From contig JBCCVZ010000018.1 in NCBI GenBank assembly GCA_039194425.1, positions 68,164-132,163 on the forward strand: a stretch of 64,000 nt of DNA, in the 5' to 3' direction. Positions 1 to 11,034 of this stretch are shown in pieces. Both the position numbers and the translations under genes were made by a program. Within the stretch, counting starts at the first letter, position 1. Every line of letters starts with the position of its first letter. Below the pieces are notes generated by a model that saw only the letters and a list, made by a program, of their open reading frames with translations, was not told the DNA's origin and searched no databases. The stretch comes from Acidobacteriota bacterium (lineage in GTDB: Bacteria; Acidobacteriota; Thermoanaerobaculia; Multivoradales; J023).

Positions 1-173
1 AAGCGATCGAGCAACTCGCAGAGACTGGCCGCGGAGACCTCAAGCGGCTTCGAGGTCGTAGCCCAGAAGACTACCGCCTGCGGGTCGGCGGGTGGCGTGT
101 CTTGCTCTCGAGGATCGAGCCGGATCGGATCCTCGTGATCCGTTCCGTGCTGTCGCGCGGCGACGCGTACTGA
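1..173 (+). CDS. RelE/ParE-family type II toxin, 3' fragment (5' end lies outside the window)
   Basis: Frame 3 from nt 3 translates to AIEQLAETGRGDLKRLRGRSPEDYRLRVGGWRVLLSRIEPDRILVIRSVLSRGDAY, ending at TGA 171-173. This is the characteristic ParE/RelE C-terminal core (YRLRVGdWRvl...I.V.RV.HR.DAY). It is absent from the ORF track because no start codon lies inside the window. Confidence 0.55.
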   Translation, partial: AIEQLAETGRGDLKRLRGRSPEDYRLRVGGWRVLLSRIEPDRILVIRSVLSRGDAY

Positions 174-177
174 CCTG

Positions 178-1515
178 CTACGAAAGCACGTGGAGCAACG
201 GAGCGCGCGCACTCGGTGCCGAGCTGTTGGCGACCTTCGGCGCGCGCCGCTCGACGGTGACTCCTCGCGCGTCCGCGTCGCGGACGACGACGCGCTCGAG
301 GCGGCCGGTGAGGTCGGCCGCGTCGTCGAGGTCGGCGAAGACGCGCACGTAGTTGTCGCTCAAGCCGCGCCAGCGGTCCCGGCGGCGGTCTTCCCACACC
401 ACCTCGAGCGTCGCTCCGACCTGGGCGCGGTGGAAGGCCTCTTCGCTGGCCGCGGCGACCGCCAGCATGGCGGCCATGCGTGCCTTCTTCTCCGGCGGTG
501 GCACCTGGTCGGGCAGCGTCGCGGCGTGGGTGCCCTCGCGCTGCGAATAGGCGAAGATGTGGGGATTGGCGAACGCCATGCGTTCGACGAAGGAAAGACT
601 CTCGGCGAACTCTTCCGTCGTCTCGCCGGGAAAGCCGACGATCACGTCGGTGGTCAACGCCAGGCCTGGAATCGCGGCGCGCAGCCGCTCCGCCAGCGCC
701 TCGTACTGCGGCGCCGAGTACGGCCGACGCATGCGCCGCAGCGTCGCCGTCGAGCCGCTCTGCAGTGACATGTGGATGTGACGGCACAGACGCGGATCGC
801 GCCACAAGGCGAGCAGGCGGTCGTCGAACTTCCACGGCGCGATCGAAGTCAGGCGCAGGCGCGGCACGTCGGTGTGCTCGAGCAGCGCGGCGACCAGATC
901 GTAGAGCCGGTGGCCGTCGTCGTCGTATTCGGAAATCTGCACCCCGGTGACGACGACCTCGGGATAGCCGCCGACGGCGAGTGCCTGCACCTCGGCGACC
1001 ACTTCGTCGACCGTGCGGCTACGCTGGCGCCCGCGCGTCGACGGGATGATGCAGAAGGCGCAGCGCATGTTGCAGCCGTCCTCCACCTTCACCAGAGCGC
1101 GGGCGTTGCCGTACTGGAGCGGCACGAAGCCGGGCGGGCCGTGCTCGCCCTCGGGCTGCTCCTCCGGAGATGCGTCTGGAAACCTCTCGTGCACCAGCTC
1201 GAGCAGGCGCTCCTTCGCGTCGTTCGGCACCACCAGGTCGACACCGGCGAGGCGCGCCGCCTCCTCCGGCGAGTCGGTGGCATAGCAGCCGGTGAGCACC
1301 GTCCGCACCGGGCGCTCGAGACGCCCTCCCCGACGCGCGATCTTGCGCGAGTCGCGCGCCGCGACATGAGTCACCGTGCACGAGTTGATGACGTGTAGGT
1401 CGGCGTCCTCGAGCCGCGGCGCCAGGCGATGGCCGGCGGCGACGAAGCGCCGGGACAGGGCGTCGACCTCGGCCTGATTCAGCTTGCAGCCGAGATTGGT
1501 GAAGAACACGTGCAT
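178..1515 (-). CDS. MiaB/MtaB-family tRNA methylthiotransferase (radical SAM)
   Basis: 445 aa. The N-terminal MTTase domain begins MHVFFTNLGCKLNQAEVD and contains a CTVT cysteine. The radical-SAM cluster motif is CNMRCAFC, followed by a TRAM-like C-terminus. GCKLNQAE resembles MtaB more than MiaB or RimO. Confidence 0.75.
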   Translation of the reverse strand: MHVFFTNLGCKLNQAEVDALSRRFVAAGHRLAPRLEDADLHVINSCTVTHVAARDSRKIARRGGRLERPVRTVLTGCYATDSPEEAARLAGVDLVVPNDAKERLLELVHERFPDASPEEQPEGEHGPPGFVPLQYGNARALVKVEDGCNMRCAFCIIPSTRGRQRSRTVDEVVAEVQALAVGGYPEVVVTGVQISEYDDDGHRLYDLVAALLEHTDVPRLRLTSIAPWKFDDRLLALWRDPRLCRHIHMSLQSGSTATLRRMRRPYSAPQYEALAERLRAAIPGLALTTDVIVGFPGETTEEFAESLSFVERMAFANPHIFAYSQREGTHAATLPDQVPPPEKKARMAAMLAVAAASEEAFHRAQVGATLEVVWEDRRRDRWRGLSDNYVRVFADLDDAADLTGRLERVVVRDADARGVTVERRAPKVANSSAPSARAPLLHVLS

Positions 1516-1539
1516 GGCGCGGTCGATTCTAGCCCTACC

Positions 1540-2313
1540 TCAGGCGCCATCCGGCACCGCCGCCGGCACCCGCCGCGGCATCGGCAGCAGGTCGACCTGG
1601 CCGACCTCGAACTCGAACGGGATCTCGGGACAGAGCCAGGCCGAGTGCGGACGCGTCCAGCATTCCGGATCGACCTGGGGGAAGAGGTGCTCGAGCAGGC
1701 CGTGCCGCGACACCTGGGCGTCGAGCGGCCAGACATCGACCGTCGGATGCGAGCGCTTGATCGCGCGGAGACGCCCCTCGAAGGTGACGTAGCCGCGCGG
1801 CCGACGACGGAAATAGTCGACCGTACGGCGCCAGTCGCCGAGGGTCGGTCCGTCGCCGTGCCGCGGCGAGGCGAGCTCGGCATCGACCGCCAGCGACACC
1901 TGCGGCGAGAGCGCGCCGCCGCGCAGCGACCAGTGCCAAGAGCCGACGTCCGGCTCGGCGGACGGTCGCGGGAACGAGAAGAGCCCGGCGCGAGCCGGCT
2001 GGCGGCCGAGGAAGCGCGAGATCGGCACCACCCACGGCGGCACCATCACCCGCCGGAAGAGCACCGACGAGACGCTTTCCTCGTCGAGCACGTAGAGGCG
2101 CAGACTCATCTGCGGGTACGACAGCGCCGGGAACGGCAGCGACGTCGGCCGGAGGCCGGTGAGCCGGAACAGCAGCGCCGACAGGAACACGACGTCGACG
2201 TCGCGCCAACGGTGCAGCTCATAGCGCAGGGGCGCCGGCGGCGACGGCAAGGCAGCCCGAGGAACGGCCCAGTTGAGGTAGAGGCAGTCCCGGGCCTCGG
2301 TACGCAGCTGCAT
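1540..2313 (-). CDS. conserved hypothetical protein (possibly DUF2071-like)
   Basis: 257-aa ORF with coding-like composition, lying between the methylthiotransferase and coaD on the same strand. I recognise no catalytic motifs. Confidence 0.4.
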   Translation of the reverse strand: MQLRTEARDCLYLNWAVPRAALPSPPAPLRYELHRWRDVDVVFLSALLFRLTGLRPTSLPFPALSYPQMSLRLYVLDEESVSSVLFRRVMVPPWVVPISRFLGRQPARAGLFSFPRPSAEPDVGSWHWSLRGGALSPQVSLAVDAELASPRHGDGPTLGDWRRTVDYFRRRPRGYVTFEGRLRAIKRSHPTVDVWPLDAQVSRHGLLEHLFPQVDPECWTRPHSAWLCPEIPFEFEVGQVDLLPMPRRVPAAVPDGA

Positions 2314-2336
2314 TAGCGGATTCTACGCCATGCCGA

Positions 2337-2840
2337 TCAAGCGTCGGCCGGCTCGGCGCCAGCGCTGCTCTGAGGCATGCGACGCAGAACCTCGGGCGGC
2401 ACGAGCTCCGAGCAGTCGCCGCCGAGGAGATGAACCTCCTTCACCAGACGGCTCGAGACATAGCTGTACTCTTCCTTCGGCGTCAGGAAGACGGTCTCGA
2501 TGTCGGACGACAGGCGGCGGTTCATCAGCGCCATCTGAAACTCGGACTCGAAGTCCGACACGGCGCGCAGGCCGCGCACGATGGTGCGCGCGCCGAGATC
2601 CGCCATGTAGTGCACAAGCAGACCGGAAAAGGTGTCGACCCGGCAGCCCTCGAGGTCGGCGACCACTTCGCGGATCAAGTCGACTCGCTCGTCGACCGTG
2701 AACAGCGGGTTCCTCTTCGCCGTGTTCACCAGGACCGCCACCACCACCTCGTCGAACAGAGGCCGGCAGCGCCGGATGATATCGAGGTGCCCGTTGTGCA
2801 GCGGATCGAACGAGCCGGGATAGACGCCGATGCGGTTCAT
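2337..2840 (-). CDS. coaD: phosphopantetheine adenylyltransferase
   Basis: The true start is the internal Met MNRIGVYPGSFDPLHNGHLDII (HxGH nucleotidyltransferase motif), at 2840 rather than the track start 2984. Its ATG overlaps the upstream gene's stop in an ATGA at 2837-2840. Confidence 0.9.
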   Translation of the reverse strand: MNRIGVYPGSFDPLHNGHLDIIRRCRPLFDEVVVAVLVNTAKRNPLFTVDERVDLIREVVADLEGCRVDTFSGLLVHYMADLGARTIVRGLRAVSDFESEFQMALMNRRLSSDIETVFLTPKEEYSYVSSRLVKEVHLLGGDCSELVPPEVLRRMPQSSAGAEPADA

Positions 2841-5272
2841 GGTGCTTCGAGCGTGAAGGTTAGCACGTTGAACGCGGCGTCCGTGGCACGCAGGATGGCG
2901 ACCGAGGCGTCGGACGGAACATCGAGCTCGAGGTTCTCGCGCCGGCTGTCGAGCAGGCCGTCGGCCGCCGGCACGCTGCGCCACGGGCCGGCGTCGACCG
3001 ACAGCTCGACCTCGCGGATCGGGCTGCGCTCGTCCTGGATGACGACGATCAGCCGCTCGCCCTCACGCTGATTGAGGCCGACACGCGGCGGTGTATGGTC
3101 GAGCAGCACCGGCTCGGAGAGCTGCACTGCCGTGCGCGCGTCGCCGAGCGGCTGGGACGCACCGTCGCTGGCCTGCAGGCGGAAACGGTAGAGGCCGTCG
3201 GGCAGGGCCGTGGAGTCGAACGAGAACCACGTCCTGTCGAGCCCGTCGACGACCGGCAGCCAGCGGACGCCGTCCACGGCGACGATGCCAGATGCCGCGA
3301 GCGGCGCGACCTCGAGCCGGTACTGAAGCGTGTCGCCGTTGGCGTCGTCGGCGTCCCAGCGCAACGTCCGCCAGCCCTTCTTGTAGAGCGTCTTGAGGCG
3401 CGCCTCGTCGGTCGTCTGTTCCTTGCGCAGCGTGTCGAAGATTCCATCGCGGTTGGGCGACCAGGGCTCGAACGTGGTCGAGCTCGGATTGAAGCTCTGC
3501 TCGACCAGGATCGCCCCCGGATCCAGCGCCTCGAACGAGGTGACCCGCGGCGGCAGATTGCGCTGGCGATAGGTGAGCTCGACCGCGTCGACCCGCGGAC
3601 CGGCGTCGCTGCCGCCACGCTCGAGGTGGAGGCGCCACTGCAGGTAGCGGCCGTTGGGCAACGCCGCCAGCGGCGCCTCGGCGGTGACCAGCCCGCCGGC
3701 CGCGTCGCCCGGCTGCAGGTCGAGCTGCACGTCCGTCCACGGCGTCCAGGTGGCGTCGGGCTCTGCACTGGTCCCAGAGCGCACCGCGGCGCGTACCGCG
3801 GCACCCCGCGGCAGCAGGCCACGCCAGCGCAACGCGCCGAAGCGGGCGACCTGCGCCGCGTCGAGGCGATCCGATGTGTAGGTTCCATCGGTCGACGGAC
3901 CGTCGTCGAGGCGATGCAGCGCCGCGCCGTTGGTGGTGACGATTCCGACCCCGTCGTCACCGCGCACCAGGCCGACGATCTGTCGGCCCTCGAGCTCGGC
4001 CTCGCGAAGCACCTGGCCCACCCCGCCCTGTCCGTCGGCGCCGATCAGCGGATCGTGCATCCAGCGATAGAGGCGTCCCTCCTGGCCGGTACCGATCCAC
4101 AGGGCGTCGTCGTGCCAGAGCAGCGAGTGGATCGTCTCGTCGGCGAAGCTGGCGACATCCTCCGGCATGCCGCCGTCGGGCGGCAGGCGCACGACCAGCG
4201 CGCGCGGTCCCTGGGCGCCGCCGGCGCGCGAACCGATGGTCGGATTCTGCGGCGCCGACGCGTCGGCCTCCGCCTCGCCGCCCTGCGCGCCGTTGTTCTG
4301 CGACAGGTCGACGAAGCTCGCCTCGGACGCCAGGGCGGCGGCGAAGATCTCACCCTGCGGCCCGACGGCGAAGGCAGCGATCTCGGGTTGCGCGGCATCG
4401 TAGAGCGTCGAGGCGGCGACCGTGCCGGAGCCGGACTCGAGATCGAGGCGCTGAACCAGGCCCTGCCCGGCAGTACCGACCAGCACGTCGCCATCAGGCA
4501 GCACCGCCAGCGCGCGCAGATGGGCGTCGTTCGACTCGAACAGCAGCTCGGCGTCGCGCTCTCCCTCGGGATCGACCCGCCAGAGCCGCGCCGGCAGGCC
4601 GGTCGCGACCAGCAGATCGCCGTCGGCGGTCTCGGCCAGGCCCCAAACGTAGGTCGCCTCGGGATCGAAGATCACCTCACCCGAGGCGTCTTCTGACCCT
4701 TCGGGGTCGAGCCGCACCACCGCGCCGTCGGGCGAACCGGCGGCGTAGAGGCCGCTCGCGGCGCCGAGCACGGCGTAGACCTCGGGCGCCTCAAGCGTCG
4801 CCAGCACCTCGACGACACCGTCGCCAGCGACGCGTACTACCTTGCCCGAGCTGCCGGTGCCGAGCAGCCAGCCTCCGCCGCGGCGCACCGGCACCGCGTC
4901 GGCGGCGAAGACGAAGGGCTCATCGATCCCGGCGACGTGCTCGATAGCGCGCGACAGCGTCAGGGCGCCGCGCGCGTCGATCGACACACGCTCGACGTCG
5001 CCGGCGAGCGCCGCCTCCCGCGAGTCGACAACGAAGGTGCGCGCCGGCGAGGCCTCGGCGGGCAGCGCCGCGAAGCCGACGGCTGTGGCGAGTGCGAGGA
5101 TGCAGCCCGTGATGAGTCGGGGTCGATGGACGCGAGAGTGGTGACGACGGAGGGAGGGCTGGGTCGCGGACGGTCTCGGCACGATGATCCTCGACAGAGA
5201 GTGAAGAAACGATGGGGACTCGGGCACGGGCGGCGCCACCGACGGCGAGCACGGTGGCCGATGCTCAGCCAT
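2837..5272 (-). CDS. large secreted hypothetical protein (about 800 aa, beta-rich)
   Basis: 811-aa ORF with an N-terminal hydrophobic segment LITGCILALATAVGFAALPAEA that looks like a signal peptide; the real start may lie downstream of 5272. It is translationally coupled to coaD. I recognise no catalytic motif. Confidence 0.55.
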   Translation of the reverse strand: MAEHRPPCSPSVAPPVPESPSFLHSLSRIIVPRPSATQPSLRRHHSRVHRPRLITGCILALATAVGFAALPAEASPARTFVVDSREAALAGDVERVSIDARGALTLSRAIEHVAGIDEPFVFAADAVPVRRGGGWLLGTGSSGKVVRVAGDGVVEVLATLEAPEVYAVLGAASGLYAAGSPDGAVVRLDPEGSEDASGEVIFDPEATYVWGLAETADGDLLVATGLPARLWRVDPEGERDAELLFESNDAHLRALAVLPDGDVLVGTAGQGLVQRLDLESGSGTVAASTLYDAAQPEIAAFAVGPQGEIFAAALASEASFVDLSQNNGAQGGEAEADASAPQNPTIGSRAGGAQGPRALVVRLPPDGGMPEDVASFADETIHSLLWHDDALWIGTGQEGRLYRWMHDPLIGADGQGGVGQVLREAELEGRQIVGLVRGDDGVGIVTTNGAALHRLDDGPSTDGTYTSDRLDAAQVARFGALRWRGLLPRGAAVRAAVRSGTSAEPDATWTPWTDVQLDLQPGDAAGGLVTAEAPLAALPNGRYLQWRLHLERGGSDAGPRVDAVELTYRQRNLPPRVTSFEALDPGAILVEQSFNPSSTTFEPWSPNRDGIFDTLRKEQTTDEARLKTLYKKGWRTLRWDADDANGDTLQYRLEVAPLAASGIVAVDGVRWLPVVDGLDRTWFSFDSTALPDGLYRFRLQASDGASQPLGDARTAVQLSEPVLLDHTPPRVGLNQREGERLIVVIQDERSPIREVELSVDAGPWRSVPAADGLLDSRRENLELDVPSDASVAILRATDAAFNVLTFTLEAP

Positions 5273-7316
5273 CCCGGCGGACTTCGAGATCGAGGCGCAG
5301 CATGCCCTCGAGCGGACGGTCGAGCTCCTCGACGCTCTCGCCGAGAATGCGCAGATTCAGCGGCGCGGCGGCGCCCGGACCGGCGGCGCCGGCGTAGACC
5401 GAGCGCAGCGAGCCGGGCAGGTCGGGCAGCACCTCGCCGCCAAGCGACAGTCCCTGGGCTCCGACCAGGCCGACGACCTCGAGCTGTCGCCGCGACGACA
5501 GCGCACGAAGAGCCTCGAGCGACTGATCAAAGGTGGTGAGCTCACGCTTCTCCACCGACTGGCGTACGCCGTCCATGCTCGCGCCGTCGCCGATCATCAG
5601 CCAGTAGCGCCCGTCCGGCACGTTGTCCGGAATCGCCACCTGCAGGCGCCGACGCTCGGTCGGGCCGCGGTAGGGGTCGATCTCGAGCACGACGTCGAGC
5701 GTGTCCCCCGGAGCCACGCGATCGCGCGCCGGAAAGGCCCTGGCGAGAGTCATCGTGCGCGGCTCCGCGACCTGGTGGAAGCGCACGTCGACCGCTTCGA
5801 TGGTCGCGTTGCCGAGCGGATTGAGATCGAGGAAGGCGCCGATCTGGAGCAGGAAGACCACCGCCTCGGTGGCCGCGTCCGAGCCGTCGAAGCTCTGGCG
5901 CAAGACCAGGTCGTCGCGCGCGGCGAGCTGGAAGCGTGCCTCGACATCGATGCCCTGGAAGCCGGTGACGTAGCTGCCGGACGTGAGCGCGCCGAGCGCG
6001 CTGACCGCGATCAGGCTCGGGCGGAAGATCGACGAGTCGGCGACCTCCATCGCGTACTCGCGCTCGGTGAGGCCGTCGAGACGCACCGACACCGGCACCA
6101 TCGCGGGCTCGACGCCGAGCACGCCGTGAGCACCAGCCTCGCGATCCTGGTCGAAGACACCGAGCAGCGGCCCGACGTTCGACAGCTTGAACGAGCTCGA
6201 GGCGCTCGGCACCACGGCAATGACCTGCGACGCGGCCATCGGCAGGCGCGTCGGTCCGAGCGAGTAGACCGGGTGGCCGAAGGCGACGATCGAGTCGTCG
6301 CTGCGGTCGGTGACCGTGCCGTGTGCCGCCAGCGTCAGGTCGCCGCGCACCAGCACCAGCGCCACCGCGTCGCCCGGCTCGAGCTCGCCGTCGGACTCGG
6401 TGATCCGAGACGCCGAACCGGCCTCCGCGACACTCCGCGCCGCGCGCACGGGCCCGGTGGGCGCAGGAGCGGGCGCCAGCGCCGCCAGCGGCGACGGCGC
6501 CGCGCGCAGGCCGGTGCCGAGCGTGTTCTGCAGCAGGTCGGCGGCCGGCGCGCCGAAGCCCGACGCTGTCCAGCCGAGGGGCGAGGCGCCGCCGCCGAGA
6601 GCCGCCGCCGGACGCAGCAGCTCGAGGTGCCGCGTCAGCAGCTCTGGATCGACCTCGTGCCGCAGGATCGTCGCCAGCCGCGGCGCCAGCTCGGGCGCAC
6701 CGCGCGGCGCCGAGGCCACGCCGGCGGCCGGCTCCAAGGCCGGCGGCTCGAAGCGCAGCAGGCCGCCACTGGCGTCGCCCAGGCGCCGCATCGGCTCGAT
6801 CGGTGTGATGCCGGCGATCGGGTCGAGGCCGAACGAGAAGCTGAACGACACCGCGCCGACCAGCTTGCCGTCGATGTACACCGGCGAGCCGCTCATGCCC
6901 GCGGCGACACCACTGTGCTCCAGGCCCTGGCCGGACAGGCGAGCGAGCACATAGCTCAGATCGGGCGTCGAGTTGCGCCAGACGCCGAGCACTTCGACCT
7001 CGAAGCGCTCCGGCTCCGAGCCCGCGAACACGGACAGGCCGTAGCCACGCTGCCCGGGCTCGAGGGCGAAGAGGTCGAACGCCTCGGCCGACGGCAGGGC
7101 CGTCGCATCCAGTGACGGTGTCTCCATCGCCGGCGTGTCCATCGCAGGCGTCTGCGTCTTGCTCGTCACCGCGGCATCGACATCCGCATCGGCGCCACCG
7201 CGAGTCTCGCTCGCGCTCGTCGACGGCGCGAGCAGCACGAGCCCGGTGAGCGCGACGGCGGCGGCCATGTCCAGGTGGATGAGCACGGCGGCCCGCATCG
7301 AGTCGAAGAGTTTCAT
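5265..7316 (-). CDS. secreted peptidase, S55 (SpoIVB-like) serine protease family
   Basis: 683 aa with the signal peptide MKLFDSMRAAVLIHLDMAAAVALTGLVLLAPSTSA. It carries the trypsin-fold serine motif GMSGSPVYIDGKLVGAVSFSF, the same GMSGSP pattern seen in SpoIVB / S55 peptidases. Confidence 0.6.
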   Translation of the reverse strand: MKLFDSMRAAVLIHLDMAAAVALTGLVLLAPSTSASETRGGADADVDAAVTSKTQTPAMDTPAMETPSLDATALPSAEAFDLFALEPGQRGYGLSVFAGSEPERFEVEVLGVWRNSTPDLSYVLARLSGQGLEHSGVAAGMSGSPVYIDGKLVGAVSFSFSFGLDPIAGITPIEPMRRLGDASGGLLRFEPPALEPAAGVASAPRGAPELAPRLATILRHEVDPELLTRHLELLRPAAALGGGASPLGWTASGFGAPAADLLQNTLGTGLRAAPSPLAALAPAPAPTGPVRAARSVAEAGSASRITESDGELEPGDAVALVLVRGDLTLAAHGTVTDRSDDSIVAFGHPVYSLGPTRLPMAASQVIAVVPSASSSFKLSNVGPLLGVFDQDREAGAHGVLGVEPAMVPVSVRLDGLTEREYAMEVADSSIFRPSLIAVSALGALTSGSYVTGFQGIDVEARFQLAARDDLVLRQSFDGSDAATEAVVFLLQIGAFLDLNPLGNATIEAVDVRFHQVAEPRTMTLARAFPARDRVAPGDTLDVVLEIDPYRGPTERRRLQVAIPDNVPDGRYWLMIGDGASMDGVRQSVEKRELTTFDQSLEALRALSSRRQLEVVGLVGAQGLSLGGEVLPDLPGSLRSVYAGAAGPGAAAPLNLRILGESVEELDRPLEGMLRLDLEVRRDG

Positions 7317-8047
7317 CGCTTGAGATCGGGCTCCGCGGTCGTGAGGATGTGCTCGGCCGTCACACGACCCGGTCGCAGGACGTCGAAGCCGCCACGCGCT
7401 GAATTCCAGGCGACCACCGTCGAAGGCTCGCGGTGGCCGCCGAGCGGTCCTTCCACCAGCGCGACGTTGGCCGATCCGAGCGGCGAACCGTCGCCTCCGA
7501 GCGAGGCGCCGACCAGAGACTCCGATTCGAGGCGAGCGAGAAGTTCTTCGACGGCGAGAGCATCGACGAGCGGAGGCTCGCCGGAGAGGTTGGCGCTCGT
7601 CGCCGTCAGGCCGAATCCTAGAGCGTGCAGCACCGCGCGCAGCGGCTCGTGGGCCGGAACGCGGACCGCAAGGGTCGTGCCGCCGGCCGCCGCGGGCGGT
7701 GACCCAAAGCCCGCGCGCAGCGGCGAGACTACAGTGAGCGGCGCCGGCCAGAGGCGCGCGGCGGCGGCCAGCTCCGGCGCGGCTGGATCGAGGCCGAGAG
7801 CGGCGACCTGCTCGAGATCAGCGACGACCAGCGGCAGCGGCTTGCCGCGCTCGCGTTCCTTCAGCCGGTAAATCCGCTCGACGCCCTCGGCGCTGTGCGG
7901 ATCGGCGGCGAGGCCGTAGCTCGAGCCGGTGGGAATGGCGACGACGCCGCCCCGGCGGAGCAGGCGCGCGAGCGGACGCGGATCGTCACCCAAGCGCCAG
8001 CGCGGCACGCGCCCCCCTGCGTCAGTCGGCAAGGCTCGCTCCGGCAC
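7313..8047 (-). CDS. tsaC: L-threonylcarbamoyladenylate synthase (TsaC/YrdC/Sua5 family)
   Basis: Core YrdC motifs are present: VVAIPTGSSYGLAADP, RIYRLKERERGKPLPLVVAD and LTATSANLSGEPP. The N-terminus overlaps the recN 3' end by about 26 bp, so the true start may be downstream of 8047. Confidence 0.8.
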   Translation of the reverse strand: MPERALPTDAGGRVPRWRLGDDPRPLARLLRRGGVVAIPTGSSYGLAADPHSAEGVERIYRLKERERGKPLPLVVADLEQVAALGLDPAAPELAAAARLWPAPLTVVSPLRAGFGSPPAAAGGTTLAVRVPAHEPLRAVLHALGFGLTATSANLSGEPPLVDALAVEELLARLESESLVGASLGGDGSPLGSANVALVEGPLGGHREPSTVVAWNSARGGFDVLRPGRVTAEHILTTAEPDLKR

Positions 8048-9782
8048 CGACGATCAGCGAGCGTGCATGCTCGCGCGACGTCTCGGTGAGCTCACTGCCG
8101 GCGATCATTCGCGCGACCTCGTCGATCCGTCCGTCGGCGTCGAGCGTCTCGACGGCGGTGCGGGTACGGCCGTCGTCGACCCGCTTGCGGACGCGAAAAT
8201 GCACGTCGGCGCAGCTCGCGACCTGCGGCAGGTGGGTGACCGCCAACACCTGGCCGCCCTCGGCCAGGCGCCGCAGCTTGGCGCCGAGTGTGGCGGCCTC
8301 GGCGCCGCTGATGCCGGCGTCGACCTCGTCGAACACCAGCGTGGCGCCGGCGCGCGCGGTCTCATCGCCGACCGCCGCGACGCCGCGGCTGGCGAGCTGC
8401 ACCGCCAGATAGAGGCGCGACAGCTCGCCGCCGGAGGCGACGCGCGCCAGCGGACGCGGCTCCTCGCCCGGGTTGGGAGCGAAGAGGTAGGTCACCTGGT
8501 CGAAGCCGAGCGGCCCGAACTCGACCGGCACGGCCTCGTCGTCGACCAGCCGATGCAGCGGGCTGTCGTCGCGCCGCCGCAAACCGAAGTCGACGCGGAA
8601 GAGCGCCTTGCCGAGCGCCAGCTCGCCGAGGTGCGAGCCAACCAGCTCCTCGAGCTGCTCGGCCCAGCCGCGCCGCGCCGCCGACAGCTCCTCGGCGACG
8701 GTGCGGTAGCTCTCGAGCGCGGCCGCGGCCTGGTCGCGGAGCGCCTCGGCACCACCTTCCGCGTCCTCGAGCTCGTCGAGCTCGGCGACCAGCGAGGCAT
8801 GCTGCTCCAGCACCTCGGCCGAGGTCGCGCCGTACTTGCGGAACAACCTCTCCAGAGTCGCCAGGCGCTCCTCCACCGCGTCGAGCCGGAGCGGGTCCGA
8901 CTCCACCTCGTCGAGACGCCGTTGAACGTCGGTCTCGAGCTCGCCGAGGCGAATCGCGACGTCGTCGAGCTCGCCGGCCCAGGTCGAAGCCTGTTCCTCC
9001 CAGGCCGAGACGTCGCGCAGCGCCTGACGCGCCGACACCACCCGCTCCGTCGCCGCCTCGTCGCCGAAGAGCGCGTCGACAGCCCGCGTCAGACCGTCGC
9101 GGATCGCCTCGGCGTGACGCAGCACCTCACGCTCGCGCCGCAGCTCGTCCTCCTCACCGGTCTCGAGGTCGGCGCGGTCGATCTCGCCGATCTGGAAGCG
9201 CAGCAGGTCGATGCGCTCAGCGCGGATGCGCTCGTCGCCGGTCAGCCGCTCGAGCTTGTCGGCGAGCGCCCGCCATCCGTCGTGCGCGGCGGCCACGCGG
9301 GCCAGCAGATCGCGCGCCGGCGCGCCGCCGCAGCGATCGAGCCAGGTGCGCTGCAGCTCGGGCTCGACCAGCCCGAGCTCTTCGCGCTGGCCGTGAATGC
9401 GCAGCAGCGACGGCGCGAGGTCGGCGAGTAGTTTGAGCGTCACCGGATGATCGTCGACGAAGACACGGTTGCGCCCACTGCGCTGGATCTCACGCCTCAC
9501 CACGACCTCGTCGCCCTGCGGCTCGAGGCCCGCCTCGTGCAAGACCGCACGCCAGCGAGCACCGTCGGGCGCGAAGACACCGGTCACCACCAGTGTGTCG
9601 GCACCGGTGCGGATCAGATCGCTCGAGGCGCGCACGCCGCCGAGCAGCGCCAGCGAATCGACCACGATCGATTTGCCGGCACCGGTCTCGCCGGAGAGCA
9701 CGTTGAAGCCGTCGCCGAAGGCGATCACGGCGTTCTCGACCACGGCGAGATTTCGAATGTGGAGGTCGATCAGCATGGGCAC
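8022..9782 (-). CDS. recN: DNA repair protein RecN
   Basis: 586 aa. The N-terminal Walker A is [17 protein letters not shown], followed by a long coiled-coil centre and the C-terminal SMC-like signature [13 protein letters not shown] with Walker [13 protein letters not shown]. Confidence 0.9.
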   Translation of the reverse strand: MPMLIDLHIRNLAVVENAVIAFGDGFNVLSGETGAGKSIVVDSLALLGGVRASSDLIRTGADTLVVTGVFAPDGARWRAVLHEAGLEPQGDEVVVRREIQRSGRNRVFVDDHPVTLKLLADLAPSLLRIHGQREELGLVEPELQRTWLDRCGGAPARDLLARVAAAHDGWRALADKLERLTGDERIRAERIDLLRFQIGEIDRADLETGEEDELRREREVLRHAEAIRDGLTRAVDALFGDEAATERVVSARQALRDVSAWEEQASTWAGELDDVAIRLGELETDVQRRLDEVESDPLRLDAVEERLATLERLFRKYGATSAEVLEQHASLVAELDELEDAEGGAEALRDQAAAALESYRTVAEELSAARRGWAEQLEELVGSHLGELALGKALFRVDFGLRRRDDSPLHRLVDDEAVPVEFGPLGFDQVTYLFAPNPGEEPRPLARVASGGELSRLYLAVQLASRGVAAVGDETARAGATLVFDEVDAGISGAEAATLGAKLRRLAEGGQVLAVTHLPQVASCADVHFRVRKRVDDGRTRTAVETLDADGRIDEVARMIAGSELTETSREHARSLIVGAGASLAD

Positions 9783-9837
9783 GCGGCAGGCGCCGCGACA
9801 CCGGAGCTTAGCAGACGCCGCGCGCCGCGCGGCCCGC

Positions 9838-10836
<999 letters not shown>

Positions 10837-11034
10837 CGTGGCCCGCGGCGTCTCCGCTCGCTCGTCACCTGAAAAGTGGGGGATCGCGCCCGCTGCGCGA
10901 GGGCCCTGAGTCTAGTGGTCGTCCCGGCAAATGTCCAAGCAGACGGAGAGGTCGTCCGCGCCACGGCGGGGTGGTCGAGAGCGCCTGCTCAGGGTCGCCC
11001 GTGGGCCGTCAACCAGTCGTCCCTCGACCGTCGA

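Noticed and set aside
3095-4696. 533-aa + strand ORF inside the 2837-5272 secreted-protein gene (similar cases: 41295-43109, 62539-63885, 57338-58603, 19163-20263, 26946-28952)
   Set aside because: All are antisense to better-supported genes and lack an RBS or signal-peptide logic. They are typical high-GC shadow ORFs.
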